Source: an uncultured Spirochaetota bacterium
GTDB lineage: Bacteria > Spirochaetota > Spirochaetia > SZUA-6 > Fen-1364
NCBI GenBank assembly: GCA_963820525.1
Contig: CAWGAA010000002.1
Location: forward strand, 192,001-256,000
Direction of reading: 5' to 3'
Length of the DNA: 64,000 nt
The notes under the pieces were generated by a model. It ran no database searches. It was not told the DNA's origin and saw nothing but the letters and a program-made list of their open reading frames with translations. The translations under genes were made by a program, and so were the position numbers. Shown one piece after another: positions 17,683-27,933 of this stretch; the stretch's first letter is position 1, and each line of letters starts with the position of its first letter.

Positions 17683-19986
17683 ATGAGGTACGGCGTCGTG
17701 CGGAGACTCGCGTTTCTCCTCGGGGGGTTTCTCATCCTCACCGCCGAGGCTTTTGCCCAGGTGACTTTTTCCGCGCTCGACCTTTCGGCCCAGGACAAGC
17801 TTCTCTTCCAGGCAACGTCGCAGTCCCCCGATTTCGGCCCTTTCGAGGCGCTTTTCCTCGCGGAATTGAAAGAGAAGGCGCTGCGTCAGCTCACCGTCTT
17901 TCCCGAAGAGGTGCTTCTGCTCCAGCAGAAGCAGGTTGTCCAGATCCAGAACCGATACGGGGTTTTCCGCTCGGACTCGGGCTTCCGCGCCTTTTCTCCC
18001 ATTCCCCTCTTTCCCTCCTTCGTTTCGGGCGGCCAGATCCAGAGCGGAAAGATCGCGCCCATGCAGACATCCCCTGACGGCAGGTACCTCCTGTACCTGC
18101 GCCAGCGCTCTCCCGCGTACGGGGATCTGACGCTCCTGGACATCTCCCGGGAGCAGGAGACCGTGATCTCCAACCGTGTCGAGGTTTCCCTTGCGGGGCT
18201 GCCCGCGATCTGGTCTCCCGATTCTTCCTACGTGGTCTACAGCAAGGGCGCAGCCCTCTACTACTTCTCCCTCGCCCAGCTCCAGCAGGGGCGCGTCCTC
18301 GCGGAGGGCCTGCGCGCTCTGGGCGACGGCAGGATGGCCAACGTGAGATGGAGCGCGAGCGGGCTTCTCTACTACCTGGCGGGCTCCATCCTCTACCGCA
18401 TCAATCCCGGCGAGCTTTTCACGCGCGCCCTCTATGCGGGGTTCCTCTCGATCGGAACGCCCCAGGGCAGGATCCCCTTCGCCTTCGATTCCAATTTCGA
18501 CAGCTTCTGGGTCTCGCCGGACGGCATGCATCTGCTCCTGAACAAGGGGGGCAGAAACGTGTTCCTCTACGAGACGAGCGTGGGGGATTTCCACGGCTCC
18601 GGTGACCCCACCTCCCTTCCCTACCTCTACCTCCCGCGCGATACCACGGTGCGGAAGCTCCTCTGGTCCTCCGCCAACACGGTGACGCTCCTCTGCAGCA
18701 CGCGAAACGGGGGGAAGATCGGCTCGATCATTTTTCGCCTGGCCCCCGACCCAGGCGGCAAGCTGTCGCATTTCGAGCAGCTCCCCGACAGCGACGCCCT
18801 CGACATGGTGCTTTCGCCCGATGAGAGGCACGTCGCGTTCATGCGCTCCGGGGAGGTTGCCTGGAAGGACTACGCTTCCTGGAAGGACGAGGGACGAGCG
18901 GCGCACCCCTCTCCCCTGCACGTGATCTGGCTGAACGACAACGAGCTTCTCATCGCGGGCGCGTGGTATACGGAAAAGCGCGCCATCGATACCGGGATCA
19001 GCACCCTCGTCTCTCTCTCCCAGGTCGACCGCGCCGGCTACAGGCAGGACGGCACGACGGTGATCGCCGCAGTCGGCGACAAGCCGTACACCTTCGACGA
19101 GAAGACCGGCTTCTGGAGGCCCGCCGCGGCGTTCGCGCCCCGAAGCGGCTCGCTTATCTCGGATTCCACCCGGGTGTACCTGGAGACCTCCAAACGCGGA
19201 AGCTACCAGAACCTGATCATGGCGAGGGACATCAAGGGCTTCGGCACCTCCTCCGTGGTTCCCGCGGAGAGCGCGGGCTACGAGGCGTTCCCCGCCGAGG
19301 ACCAGACCATCGACTTCGCCAACTTCACCCATGGATCGCGCCTGCGGCGCCGGGAGGTGAGCCTGGTCTTCAATGCAGTGGATTCCGCGGAAGGGCTCAC
19401 CGATATCCTCAACACCCTCTCCGGCTTCCGGCTTCGGGTCACCTTTTTCGTGAACGGCGAGTTCATCCGCCGCTACCCTGATGCCGTGCGGGAGATAGCC
19501 GACTCCGGCCACGAGGTCGGCTCCCTGTTCACCACCTACTTCAACATGACCGACGCCCGCTTCAAGGTCGACGAGGGCTTCGTCAAGGCGGGGCTGGCGA
19601 AGAACGAGGACGACTACTATGGCGCGGCGGCAAAGGACCTCTCCCTGCTGTGGCACGCCCCCTACTACATCGTGAACTCCGACATCATCAGGGCGGGCGC
19701 CGTGATGAACTACGCCTACATCGCCAGGGACCTCGATACGTTCGACTGGGTATCCGCCGGCGGCGCCAACCAGGGCATGGGGATCTACTCCCCGGCCGCC
19801 GCCCTCGTGGACAGGCTCATCGCGGAGAAGAAACCGGGATCCATCATCCCCATTCTCGTGGGGCCGCCGCCGGAGGGGGGGAGGGGAGACTACCTGTTTA
19901 AGTCTCTCGACCTGATCGTGAACGAGCTCATCAAGCTCGGCTACTCCGTTGTGCCCGTTTCCAGCCTGATGGAGCACGCTCGATGA
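17683..19986 (+). CDS. Exported protein: beta-propeller-like region + C-terminal polysaccharide deacetylase-like domain
   Basis: Signal peptide; repeated SPDG/WSPD motifs; C-terminal VSLVFN...VTFFVNGEF...GHEVGS...APY...GSIIPI...GYSVVPVSSL. Confidence 0.8.
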   Translation: MRYGVVRRLAFLLGGFLILTAEAFAQVTFSALDLSAQDKLLFQATSQSPDFGPFEALFLAELKEKALRQLTVFPEEVLLLQQKQVVQIQNRYGVFRSDSGFRAFSPIPLFPSFVSGGQIQSGKIAPMQTSPDGRYLLYLRQRSPAYGDLTLLDISREQETVISNRVEVSLAGLPAIWSPDSSYVVYSKGAALYYFSLAQLQQGRVLAEGLRALGDGRMANVRWSASGLLYYLAGSILYRINPGELFTRALYAGFLSIGTPQGRIPFAFDSNFDSFWVSPDGMHLLLNKGGRNVFLYETSVGDFHGSGDPTSLPYLYLPRDTTVRKLLWSSANTVTLLCSTRNGGKIGSIIFRLAPDPGGKLSHFEQLPDSDALDMVLSPDERHVAFMRSGEVAWKDYASWKDEGRAAHPSPLHVIWLNDNELLIAGAWYTEKRAIDTGISTLVSLSQVDRAGYRQDGTTVIAAVGDKPYTFDEKTGFWRPAAAFAPRSGSLISDSTRVYLETSKRGSYQNLIMARDIKGFGTSSVVPAESAGYEAFPAEDQTIDFANFTHGSRLRRREVSLVFNAVDSAEGLTDILNTLSGFRLRVTFFVNGEFIRRYPDAVREIADSGHEVGSLFTTYFNMTDARFKVDEGFVKAGLAKNEDDYYGAAAKDLSLLWHAPYYIVNSDIIRAGAVMNYAYIARDLDTFDWVSAGGANQGMGIYSPAAALVDRLIAEKKPGSIIPILVGPPPEGGRGDYLFKSLDLIVNELIKLGYSVVPVSSLMEHAR

Positions 19987-20122
19987 GGGGCGCGCCGTCA
20001 TGGCGGGAGGCGGGGAGATTCCGCTGTAGAGCTTCGAGCCCGGCATGCCGACATTTGGTGTAAAGGGGCTGAATCTGTTGTATACTGGAGAGGATTGCAT
20101 GCGGGAAAGGGGGGAGAGAGCC

Positions 20123-20551
20123 GTGAGCGCCAATGACCCGGTTCAAACCTACAAGGAAATCCAGATCAAGACGGCGAACCAGATCAAGCTGATCGTCATG
20201 CTCTACGACGGGGCTATCCGCCATCTCAACCTCACGCTCGACTGCTTCGCCGAGAAGCACCGGAAGTTCGACGTGATCAACAACCACGTCCTGGCCGCCC
20301 AGGACATCATCTCGGAGCTCATGGCGTCGCTGGACTTCGACAAGGGCGGAACGGTGGCGAAGAACCTCTACGCCATCTACCACTACATGAACCGGCAGCT
20401 CCTGGAAGCCAACTTACGCAAGGAAGACAAGCCGATCCGGGAAGTGAAGAAGCTGCTCTCGGAGCTTCGCGCGGCGTGGGACGAGATCTCCACCAGGAAA
20501 GGCCTCGAGGAGAAGATCACTCCCGCGGGTGGGATCAACATTGCGGGGTGA
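20123..20551 (+). CDS. fliS: Flagellar export chaperone FliS
   Basis: LIVMLYDGAIRHL, AQDIISELMASLDF, NLYAIYHYM, LSELRAAW. GTG 20123 chosen from the RBS; ATG 20099 is also possible. Confidence 0.9.
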   Translation: MSANDPVQTYKEIQIKTANQIKLIVMLYDGAIRHLNLTLDCFAEKHRKFDVINNHVLAAQDIISELMASLDFDKGGTVAKNLYAIYHYMNRQLLEANLRKEDKPIREVKKLLSELRAAWDEISTRKGLEEKITPAGGINIAG

Positions 20552-21015
20552 TGAGGGAGAGACGCGTGACTGCCACGACAATTGAAGAAAGGGTTTCGAT
20601 CGTGAAGAGGCTGCGGGAGATGCTCCTGCGGCAGCGGGAGAAGTTCCAGGGCTACCTCGACCTGCTGGAGCTGGAAGGCGGCGCCATCGAGCGGGGAGAC
20701 CTGAACGCGCTCCAGGTCCAGCTCGAGGCGGAGAAGCTCATCATCGCGGAGATCCACACGCTCGGAAAGGTGATCGCGCCGCTGGAGGACCTCTACCGGG
20801 CCGCCTACCCGCAGAGCGAGGAGAGCATCCCCGCGCTCAAGGCGGTCCTCGATACGATGGGCGCTCGGATGAAGGAGCGCAACAGCAGGAACAGGCAGGT
20901 CTTGAAGGAGAAGATGGAGAGCCTTCGACAGGAGATCGCGGGGCTTCGCTCGTGGCGGCGGCCCGCCTCCCCGTTCGCCGAGGTGGCGCCCAGCCTCGTC
21001 GACATCACCACATGA
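20551..21015 (+). CDS. FlgN-like flagellar chaperone
   Basis: Helical protein coupled to fliS; QREKFQGYLDLLE...NSRNRQVL...PSLVDITT. Confidence 0.65.
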   Translation: MRERRVTATTIEERVSIVKRLREMLLRQREKFQGYLDLLELEGGAIERGDLNALQVQLEAEKLIIAEIHTLGKVIAPLEDLYRAAYPQSEESIPALKAVLDTMGARMKERNSRNRQVLKEKMESLRQEIAGLRSWRRPASPFAEVAPSLVDITT

Positions 21016-23849
21016 GGGGCGAGCTCTACCTCGTCGACGGCTACAGCGTCATCTATCGCGGATACTTCGCATTTCTCAAACGGCCGCTCTTGAACCCGGC
21101 GGGGAGGAACTCCTCCTCTGTTTTCGTGTTCTTCCGCACCCTGCTCGAGCTGATCCAGAAGCGGGAGCCCGGCTACCTCGCCGTGGCCATGGATTCCCGG
21201 GAGCCCACCTTCCGACACAAGCGCTACCCCGAATACAAGGCGAACAGGGAGAAGGCTCCCGATGACCTGCACGCCCAGGTTCCCGTGATCGAAGAGATCC
21301 TCTCGGCGCTCGGCGTCGCCTGCGTCCGGGCGGACGGGTACGAGGCCGACGACGTCCTGGCAACGCTTGCCGAGGGATGCCGCGCCACGCGCAGGCCGTG
21401 CTGGATCGTCTCCGGGGACAAGGACATTCTCCAGCTCATCGGTGCAAACGTGCGGCTGCTCAGCCAGGCCGCCGGAGGCGCGGCCCGCCCCGGCCCCGGG
21501 GGCGATCTCGCCGAGCTCTCGCGCGAAAAAATCTTCGAGACGCGCGGGGTGTATCCCGAGCAGATCGTGGATTACCTCGCCTTGACCGGGGATTCGTCGG
21601 ACAACGTGCCCGGAGTGAAGGGCGTGGGCGACAAGACCGCCGTGAAGCTGCTTTCCCAGTTCGGAAGCCTCGACGCGATCTATCAGCACCTCCAGGAGAT
21701 CTCGCCGGAGTCTCTCAGGAAAAAACTCGCCGATGACAGGGAGTCAGCCTTCCTCAGCAGGGAGCTGGTCACGCTCGTGCGAAACGTCCCCGGGGTGCCC
21801 GGGGTCGAAAAGCTCTCTTTTCCCGGGGTGAGGGCGGAGGCGGCGATTCCTCTCTTCCAGCGGGAAGGCATGAAGAGCATTGTGGCCGAGCTGGAGAAGC
21901 TTTCTACAGTAGACCGCGTGCCGCGCGCGCGGCCGCGCGAGGCCCCCGCCGCGCACGTGGCGAAAAGCCCGGCGGCGGCGAGCCTCTCCGGGCCGGAGGC
22001 TGAACGCTCCCGCAGCGAAGCGGCAGACGTCCAGGCTCCGCGGCCGGCCCTCGCGCGCACGACGCCCGGCACCTACACGGCCGTGACCGAGCTCCCCGAG
22101 CTTGACGCGTGGCTGGAGGGGGCGCGGAAGGCCGGCGTCTACGCCTTCGACGTGGAGACCGACTCGACCGACGAGATGCGCGCCGTCCCCATCGGGTTTT
22201 CACTTTCCTACCAGGAGGGGCGGGCCTGCTACATCCCGATTCGTGCTGTCGGCGTGAGCTGTCCGCCGGAGGGCGCCGTCAGGGAGCGGGTGAAGAGGCT
22301 GTTGGAAGACCGGGGCGCCAGGCTCGTCGGGCAGAACGTGAAGTACGACTACAAGATCCTGTCCCGCTGGGGCGCGCGGCCGGCGAATGTCGACTTCGAC
22401 ACCATGGTGGCCGCCTGGGTCCTCGACAGCGATCAGAGCTCCTACGGGCTGGATAGGCTGGCCGAGCGCTTCCTGCATTTCCAGGCTCTCCCGTACGATG
22501 AGCTTGTTCCCAAAGGGGCCACTCTCGCGGACCTGCCCATTCAACAGGTCACCGACTACTCGGGAGAGGACGCCGATCTCACCCTGAGGATGCACCGCCT
22601 CCTGTCCTTCGAGCTTGAGAAGGAGGGGCTTTCCTCCGTGTTCACGGACGTGGAGATCCCCCTCATCGAGGTGCTGGCGGACATGGAGCTCACCGGGATC
22701 CGCATCCTCACCCGGGAGCTCGCGCGCTACGGCGGGGAAATGGGGACGGAGCTCGCCGCGCTGGAGGAGGAGATCTACAGCCTTGTCGGCAGGAAGTTCA
22801 ACATCGGCTCCACCAAGCAGCTCCAGGAGGTCCTTTTCACCTGGCGGAAGCTCCAGCCCGTGAAGAAGACCAAGACGGGGTACTCGACGGACATGGACGT
22901 GCTGGAAATCCTTGCCGCGCAGGACCCCGTTCCCGAGAAGATCCTGGCGCACAGGAAGCTCTCCAAGCTGAAGTCCACCTACGTCGATGCCCTTCCGCTT
23001 CTGGTCAACGAAAGAACGGGCCGCCTGCACACCCATTACGTGCAGACCGGCACCGCCACCGGCCGGCTGTCCAGCAAGGACCCGAATCTGCAGAATATCC
23101 CCATCAGGGAAGAGGAGGGCCGCCGCATCAGGACCGCCTTCGTGCCGGCCGCCGGCATGCGCTTCATCAGCGCGGACTACGCGCAGATCGAGCTCGCCAT
23201 CATGGCGTATCTCTCCAAGGACCCGATCCTCCTCGCCTCGTTCCGCGAGGGGCGGGACATCCACCGCCAGACCGCTTCCCTGATCTTCGGGGTGAGCGAG
23301 CCCGACGTGACGCCGGAGCAGCGCCGGGTGGGAAAGACGATCAACTTTGGAGTCATCTACGGGATGTCGGCCTACGGCCTTTCGCAGGGTTTGAAGATCT
23401 CCAAGTCGGATGCCGATTCCTTCATAAAAACCTATTTCAGCCGCTACAGCGGAGTGGAAGCCTTTCTCAAGGAGACGATACGGGGCGCGGAGGAGACGGG
23501 GTACGTGCGCACGCTCCTGGGAAGGCGGCGCAGGGTCCTCGGCATCACCAGCAAGAATAGGACGGAGAAGAACGCCGCCGAGCGGATAGCGGTAAACTCA
23601 CCGATCCAGGGCACGGCGGCGGACATCGTGAAGCTCGCCATGGTGAAGCTCCACCGGAGGCTCGCCAGAGAGGGGCTCTCCTCGCGGATCCTCCTTCAAG
23701 TCCACGACGAGATCATCCTCGAGGCGCCGGAGGACGAGGTGGAGCGCGCCCTGCCCGTGGTCAAAGAGGTGATGGAGAGCGTCACCGACCATGAGATACC
23801 CCTCAAGGTGAGCACGGAGGTGGGGGACAGCTGGGGGGATTTCCACTAG
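21012..23849 (+). CDS. polA: DNA polymerase I
   Basis: 5'-3' exonuclease (LVDG, YKANR, EADD, GDSSDNVPGVKGVG); 3'-5' exonuclease (FDVET); polymerase motifs DYAQIEL, KTINFGVIYG, LQVHDE. Confidence 0.97.
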   Translation: MRGELYLVDGYSVIYRGYFAFLKRPLLNPAGRNSSSVFVFFRTLLELIQKREPGYLAVAMDSREPTFRHKRYPEYKANREKAPDDLHAQVPVIEEILSALGVACVRADGYEADDVLATLAEGCRATRRPCWIVSGDKDILQLIGANVRLLSQAAGGAARPGPGGDLAELSREKIFETRGVYPEQIVDYLALTGDSSDNVPGVKGVGDKTAVKLLSQFGSLDAIYQHLQEISPESLRKKLADDRESAFLSRELVTLVRNVPGVPGVEKLSFPGVRAEAAIPLFQREGMKSIVAELEKLSTVDRVPRARPREAPAAHVAKSPAAASLSGPEAERSRSEAADVQAPRPALARTTPGTYTAVTELPELDAWLEGARKAGVYAFDVETDSTDEMRAVPIGFSLSYQEGRACYIPIRAVGVSCPPEGAVRERVKRLLEDRGARLVGQNVKYDYKILSRWGARPANVDFDTMVAAWVLDSDQSSYGLDRLAERFLHFQALPYDELVPKGATLADLPIQQVTDYSGEDADLTLRMHRLLSFELEKEGLSSVFTDVEIPLIEVLADMELTGIRILTRELARYGGEMGTELAALEEEIYSLVGRKFNIGSTKQLQEVLFTWRKLQPVKKTKTGYSTDMDVLEILAAQDPVPEKILAHRKLSKLKSTYVDALPLLVNERTGRLHTHYVQTGTATGRLSSKDPNLQNIPIREEEGRRIRTAFVPAAGMRFISADYAQIELAIMAYLSKDPILLASFREGRDIHRQTASLIFGVSEPDVTPEQRRVGKTINFGVIYGMSAYGLSQGLKISKSDADSFIKTYFSRYSGVEAFLKETIRGAEETGYVRTLLGRRRRVLGITSKNRTEKNAAERIAVNSPIQGTAADIVKLAMVKLHRRLAREGLSSRILLQVHDEIILEAPEDEVERALPVVKEVMESVTDHEIPLKVSTEVGDSWGDFH

Positions 23850-23850
23850 C

Positions 23851-24441
23851 ATGCTCGTCGGGCTTGCGGGAGGGTACTGCGCCGGAAAGGACGCCGTCGC
23901 CCGGCTGCTCGCCGCCCGGGGATTCACCGTCATTGACGTCGATGCCGTGGGACACGAGGTCCTCTCCGAAAAAGCCCCGGAAGTTATTGCCGCGTTCGGT
24001 GAAGCCGTTCGCGGGGCCGGCGGAAGCGTGGATAGGAAGGCTCTGGGCCGGATCGTGTTCGCCCGCCCCTCCGAGCTCGCCCGGCTCGAGGGGATCCTCC
24101 ATCCCCCGATGGTCGAAAGGGTCGTTTCGATCGTTGGCTCCATCGGTGGGGACATCCTCATCAATGCCGCCGTGCTTTTCAGGATGGGCCTCCATTCCAT
24201 CTGCAATGCCGTGATCTGCGTTACGGCACCGGCGCTCGTGCGGGCCCTGCGCGCGGTCAGACGCGACGGCCTGCCCTTCGGAGCGGCCCTGCGAAAGGTG
24301 TTTTCCCAGAGGGGAATCTACCCTAAATCTGATGGTGCGGCGGTCGATACTTATTATATACGAAACTGGGGGACCGTCCGTTCCCTGGAGAGGTCTGTCG
24401 AGAGGGTCCTGGGACGGCTTGGAAGGGGCAAGGCGACTTGA
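23851..24441 (+). CDS. coaE: Dephospho-CoA kinase
   Basis: GLAGGYCAGK, IDVDAVGH, DRKALGRIVF, LEGILHP; directly after polA. Confidence 0.9.
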   Translation: MLVGLAGGYCAGKDAVARLLAARGFTVIDVDAVGHEVLSEKAPEVIAAFGEAVRGAGGSVDRKALGRIVFARPSELARLEGILHPPMVERVVSIVGSIGGDILINAAVLFRMGLHSICNAVICVTAPALVRALRAVRRDGLPFGAALRKVFSQRGIYPKSDGAAVDTYYIRNWGTVRSLERSVERVLGRLGRGKAT

Positions 24442-25199
24442 TGGAAAAGCAGAAGATTTTCTGGGTCATACTCTCCGTGAGCATCTTCATCGTTGTGATC
24501 CTGGTGGCGGGAGTATTCCTGCTGAAGCAGAAGCCGCTCTCCGTGTCCTCCGAAACGATCAGCCCCCTCTCTGAGCCGGGCACCCATGTCTATGAGTTCG
24601 GGCAGGAGAAGCCCCAGCCCGCGCAGCCGGAGGTGACGCCGAACGAGCCGGAGGTGCTGAAGCTCGTGATCGGCGAAGAGCCGGGCAAAAAGACCGAGCC
24701 CCAGAAGCTTCCCACTCCAACGCCGCCGGTCGCTCCCCCTGAAAAACCCGCCCAGCCGCTGGTTCCGGAGCAGCCGAAGCCCGCTCTCCAGCAGAAACCT
24801 CAAGCGGAGCAGCCCCGGATTGCCGAAGCTCCCCGCAAGCCGCAGGCGCAGAAGCCGGCCGGCAGCAGGAGCGCTCCCCGAAAGCCGGAAGCGCAGAAGC
24901 CTTCCCCCCAGAAGCCCGTCCCAGCCAGGACGGTGAGAGGGGTGGATTACTGGATCCAGACCGGGAGCTACAGGAGCCAGACAAAGGCGGAGGACCTGGC
25001 CAGGCTTCTGGGCGACAAGGGCATATCGGCCCGCGTTTTCTCCTACACGGTTTCAGGAGGAGACATGTACTTCCGGGTGAGGATCGGCCCGTATGGGAAC
25101 AAAAACGAGGCGGGGAAATTCCTCGCCATTGTCAAGCAGATCGAGGGGCTGGAGTCCAGCTACATCTCTTCCGTGGCGGGAACCAGAACGATAAACTGA
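24441..25199 (+). CDS. SPOR-domain membrane-anchored protein
   Basis: N-terminal TM helix, Pro/Gln/Lys linker, YWIQTGSY...FRVRIGPY. Confidence 0.85.
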   Translation: MEKQKIFWVILSVSIFIVVILVAGVFLLKQKPLSVSSETISPLSEPGTHVYEFGQEKPQPAQPEVTPNEPEVLKLVIGEEPGKKTEPQKLPTPTPPVAPPEKPAQPLVPEQPKPALQQKPQAEQPRIAEAPRKPQAQKPAGSRSAPRKPEAQKPSPQKPVPARTVRGVDYWIQTGSYRSQTKAEDLARLLGDKGISARVFSYTVSGGDMYFRVRIGPYGNKNEAGKFLAIVKQIEGLESSYISSVAGTRTIN

Positions 25200-25208
25200 C
25201 CCCCGCTT

Positions 25209-26390
25209 TTATCGCCCCAGGAGCCGCTCATAGATCGCCTCGTAGCGGGGCACGATGCTTTCGTAGCTGAAATGCTCCACGGCCCTCTTTCGCGCCGCCC
25301 TCGCGAAGCGCTTTTCAACAGCGCAGTCCAAAAGGATTTTCATGCTGTAGTCGGCCATGGCCTCCACGTCTCCCACGGGAGCCAGGAACCCGCTGACGCC
25401 GTGCTCCACCACTTCGGGCAGCCCCCCCACGTCTGACGCGACAACGGGCACGCCGCTTGCCATCGCCTCCAGCGCCGCCAGGCCGAAGCTCTCCGTCTCG
25501 CTGGGAAGGAGCAGCAGGTCCGCCGATTTCAGGATGGGAGCGATATCGTCCACGACACCGACGAACCGCACTGAGCCGGAGAGCCCGAGGCTCTCCACCA
25601 GGTCCATCGTGGTCCCGAACTCCGGGCCGTCTCCAACCAGCACCAGCCGCGCGTCGATCCTTTCATGGACCCGCGAGAAGATCGACACCACGTCGTGCAG
25701 TCTCTTCACGGGCCGGAAGTTGGAGATATGCATCAGCGTCACCTGCCGCTCCGAGGCCTTCTCAGGGATGCAGCGGGAGGACGGGACCTTGTGCGAATCG
25801 GGATCGATGAAGTTGTGCACGACCTCGATCTCCTTGTTCACCTCCAGCTGGCGGTAGGTCTCGTCCCTGAGGTAGCGGGAGACGGCGGTCACCGCATCCG
25901 AATGCTCGATGGAGAAGGCCGTGACCGGCTTGAAGGAAGGGCTGCCGCCGACAAGGGTGATGTCGGTCCCATGGAGGGTCGTGACGATCTTCAGCCCCAG
26001 CTCCGGCGCGATCTGCGCCGCCATGATGGCCGACGCGGCAAAGGGAATCGCGTAATGGACGTGGAGGATCTGCAGGTGGTGAGTACGAGCCACCTCGACC
26101 ATCTTGGCCGTGAGCGTGAGACTGTGGGGAAACTGCCTGAGCAGGGGGTGGCTTTCCTGGTCCACCTCGTGGTAGCAGACGCGCGGGGGAAGCTCGCGCA
26201 GGCGCAGCGGGTTGGAGTAGCTGATGAATGCAATGGAATGCCCGCGCTCGGCCAGGTGCTTTCCCAGCTCCGTGGCCACCACGCCGCTTCCCCCCGCGGT
26301 GGGATAGCAGCAGATACCGATGCGGATGCCCGGCTTTCCCGCCCGACCTGCGGCCAGCGGCTCGTGGCGATGCGCATGGCCGTCCGACAC
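25209..26390 (-). CDS. bshA: N-acetyl-alpha-D-glucosaminyl L-malate synthase (GT4)
   Basis: IGICCYPTAGGSGVVATELG, LHVHYAIPFA, TTLHGTDITLVG, HISNFRPVKR, ESFGLAALEAM. Start uncertain (GTG 26390). Confidence 0.85.
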   Translation of the reverse strand: MSDGHAHRHEPLAAGRAGKPGIRIGICCYPTAGGSGVVATELGKHLAERGHSIAFISYSNPLRLRELPPRVCYHEVDQESHPLLRQFPHSLTLTAKMVEVARTHHLQILHVHYAIPFAASAIMAAQIAPELGLKIVTTLHGTDITLVGGSPSFKPVTAFSIEHSDAVTAVSRYLRDETYRQLEVNKEIEVVHNFIDPDSHKVPSSRCIPEKASERQVTLMHISNFRPVKRLHDVVSIFSRVHERIDARLVLVGDGPEFGTTMDLVESLGLSGSVRFVGVVDDIAPILKSADLLLLPSETESFGLAALEAMASGVPVVASDVGGLPEVVEHGVSGFLAPVGDVEAMADYSMKILLDCAVEKRFARAARKRAVEHFSYESIVPRYEAIYERLLGR

Positions 26391-26391
26391 G

Positions 26392-27372
26392 TCAGGACCC
26401 CTTGGCGTGCGCGTCGGATGGGGCGGGGCTCTCTTCCCGGCAGCCGGCCTTGCCGGGCTCTCCATTGCCTCTGGTTTTTCTCGCGTTTCTGGGCACGCGA
26501 GCGACCTGGGTCGGCTGGTGGAGGATCCTGCTGTTGGGGGGCACGGATTCGGTCAGCCAGACGTTGCCGCCGATGATGGACCCCCGGCCCACGACGGTGT
26601 TTCCGCCGAGGATGGTCGCCCCCGCGTAGATGGTAACGTCGTCCTCGATGGTGGGATGCCTCTTCTTGTTGGCAAGCTCCTTCTGGACGCTCAACGCTCC
26701 CAGCGTGACCCCCTGGTAGAGCTTGACATTGTTGCCGATGACGGCCGTTTCTCCGATCACCACCCCCGTGCCGTGGTCGATGAAGAAGGACTCGCCGATG
26801 GTGGCCCCGGGATGGATGTCGATCCCGGTTTTTCCATGGATGTGCTCGCTCATCATCCTCGGGATCATGGCCACGTCGCGGATCCACAGCTCGTGGGCGA
26901 TCCTATGGACCATGATGGCCTCGATGCAGGGGTAGGCGAGGATGACCTCCTCGTCGGAGCGGGCCGCGGGGTCTCCGCGATTCGCGGCAACCACGTCGAG
27001 GCTGACCTTGGCGCGGATTTCCGGGATCCTGTCCAGCAGGGCTTCGACGATCTCCTGGGCTTCGGCGTGGCAGTCCTCGTGGCGCTCGCAGTCCTTCCGT
27101 ATCCTGCAGGTGTAGCGCAGGCTCTTCTCCACCTCCAGAGCGAGGGCGCGGGCCACCGAGATCACTTTCTCTCCGATCGCGTAGCGCAGGTTGGCCAGGT
27201 CGAGGTTCTCCTCGGCGCGGAAGCCGGGGAAGATGAGGGATTGAAGGTCCTCGACGATGCGCGCCACGCTCTGGCGGGAGGGAAGGTTCGGGCCTTCGAG
27301 GTGGTTGATGCCCCCGATGGCACGGTAGGAATCGAGGATCTTGTCGATCAGCGGATCGTAATTGCCGGTCAT
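26392..27372 (-). CDS. cysE: Serine O-acetyltransferase (long, EpsC-like form)
   Basis: GDPAARS, HRIAHEL, GIDIHPGATIG, IDHGTGVVIGET, YQGVTLG, KRHPTI. Confidence 0.9.
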   Translation of the reverse strand: MTGNYDPLIDKILDSYRAIGGINHLEGPNLPSRQSVARIVEDLQSLIFPGFRAEENLDLANLRYAIGEKVISVARALALEVEKSLRYTCRIRKDCERHEDCHAEAQEIVEALLDRIPEIRAKVSLDVVAANRGDPAARSDEEVILAYPCIEAIMVHRIAHELWIRDVAMIPRMMSEHIHGKTGIDIHPGATIGESFFIDHGTGVVIGETAVIGNNVKLYQGVTLGALSVQKELANKKRHPTIEDDVTIYAGATILGGNTVVGRGSIIGGNVWLTESVPPNSRILHQPTQVARVPRNARKTRGNGEPGKAGCREESPAPSDAHAKGS

Positions 27373-27467
27373 CGCATGAAGGGTAATCCAGGAGTGCGCT
27401 TTGTCAAGTGCGGCCCGTGAGCACGCTCACTTGCGTTTTGGAGGCGAGGAGCGTACACTCACGTCCC

Positions 27468-27917
27468 ATGCGGACCGTCTTTCCATTGAGCATCACTCTG
27501 GTCTCGGCGATTGTCGTACAGGTGGCCTGCCAGCTCTTCAAGGTGGTTTTCTACTCCATCCGCGAGCGCAAGCCGAACCTCTCCTACTTCTTCTCGGCCG
27601 GAGGCATGCCGAGCGCCCATTCCGCCTTCGTCACCGCACTCACCGTGTCCGTCGGGCTGTGGGACGGGCTGCGCTCCGAGCTGTTCGCCGTCTCCTGCGT
27701 GTTCGCCGTCATCATCATCTACGACGCCTTCCGCCTGCGGGGAACCGTCGAGCATCACGCCAGGGTGTTGAAAGCGCTCGCCGCCAAGCATCCCGACGTC
27801 GAGACGGGAGAGCTCACCGAAATGGTGGGCCACTCCCTGGGTGAAATCCTCGCGGGCATCGTGGCGGGTGGAGGTTTCTCCGCCATCGTCTATCTTATTC
27901 TCTCGCGCCTTCTGTAG
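27468..27917 (+). CDS. Divergent PAP2 (DUF212) family membrane protein
   Basis: GGMPSAHSA, IIYDA, LTEMVGHS. Confidence 0.85.
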   Translation: MRTVFPLSITLVSAIVVQVACQLFKVVFYSIRERKPNLSYFFSAGGMPSAHSAFVTALTVSVGLWDGLRSELFAVSCVFAVIIIYDAFRLRGTVEHHARVLKALAAKHPDVETGELTEMVGHSLGEILAGIVAGGGFSAIVYLILSRLL

Positions 27918-27933
27918 GGGCGACGGGGGCCCG

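Noticed and set aside
17476..20133. 885-aa minus-strand ORF and similar long overlapping ORFs (900-2945, 34280-35674, 55382-56797)
   Set aside because: These are GC-rich shadow frames of recognisable genes with no motifs of their own.
21900..22070. Intein or insertion in polA
   Set aside because: It is an Ala/Pro/Arg-rich interdomain linker with no splicing motifs.
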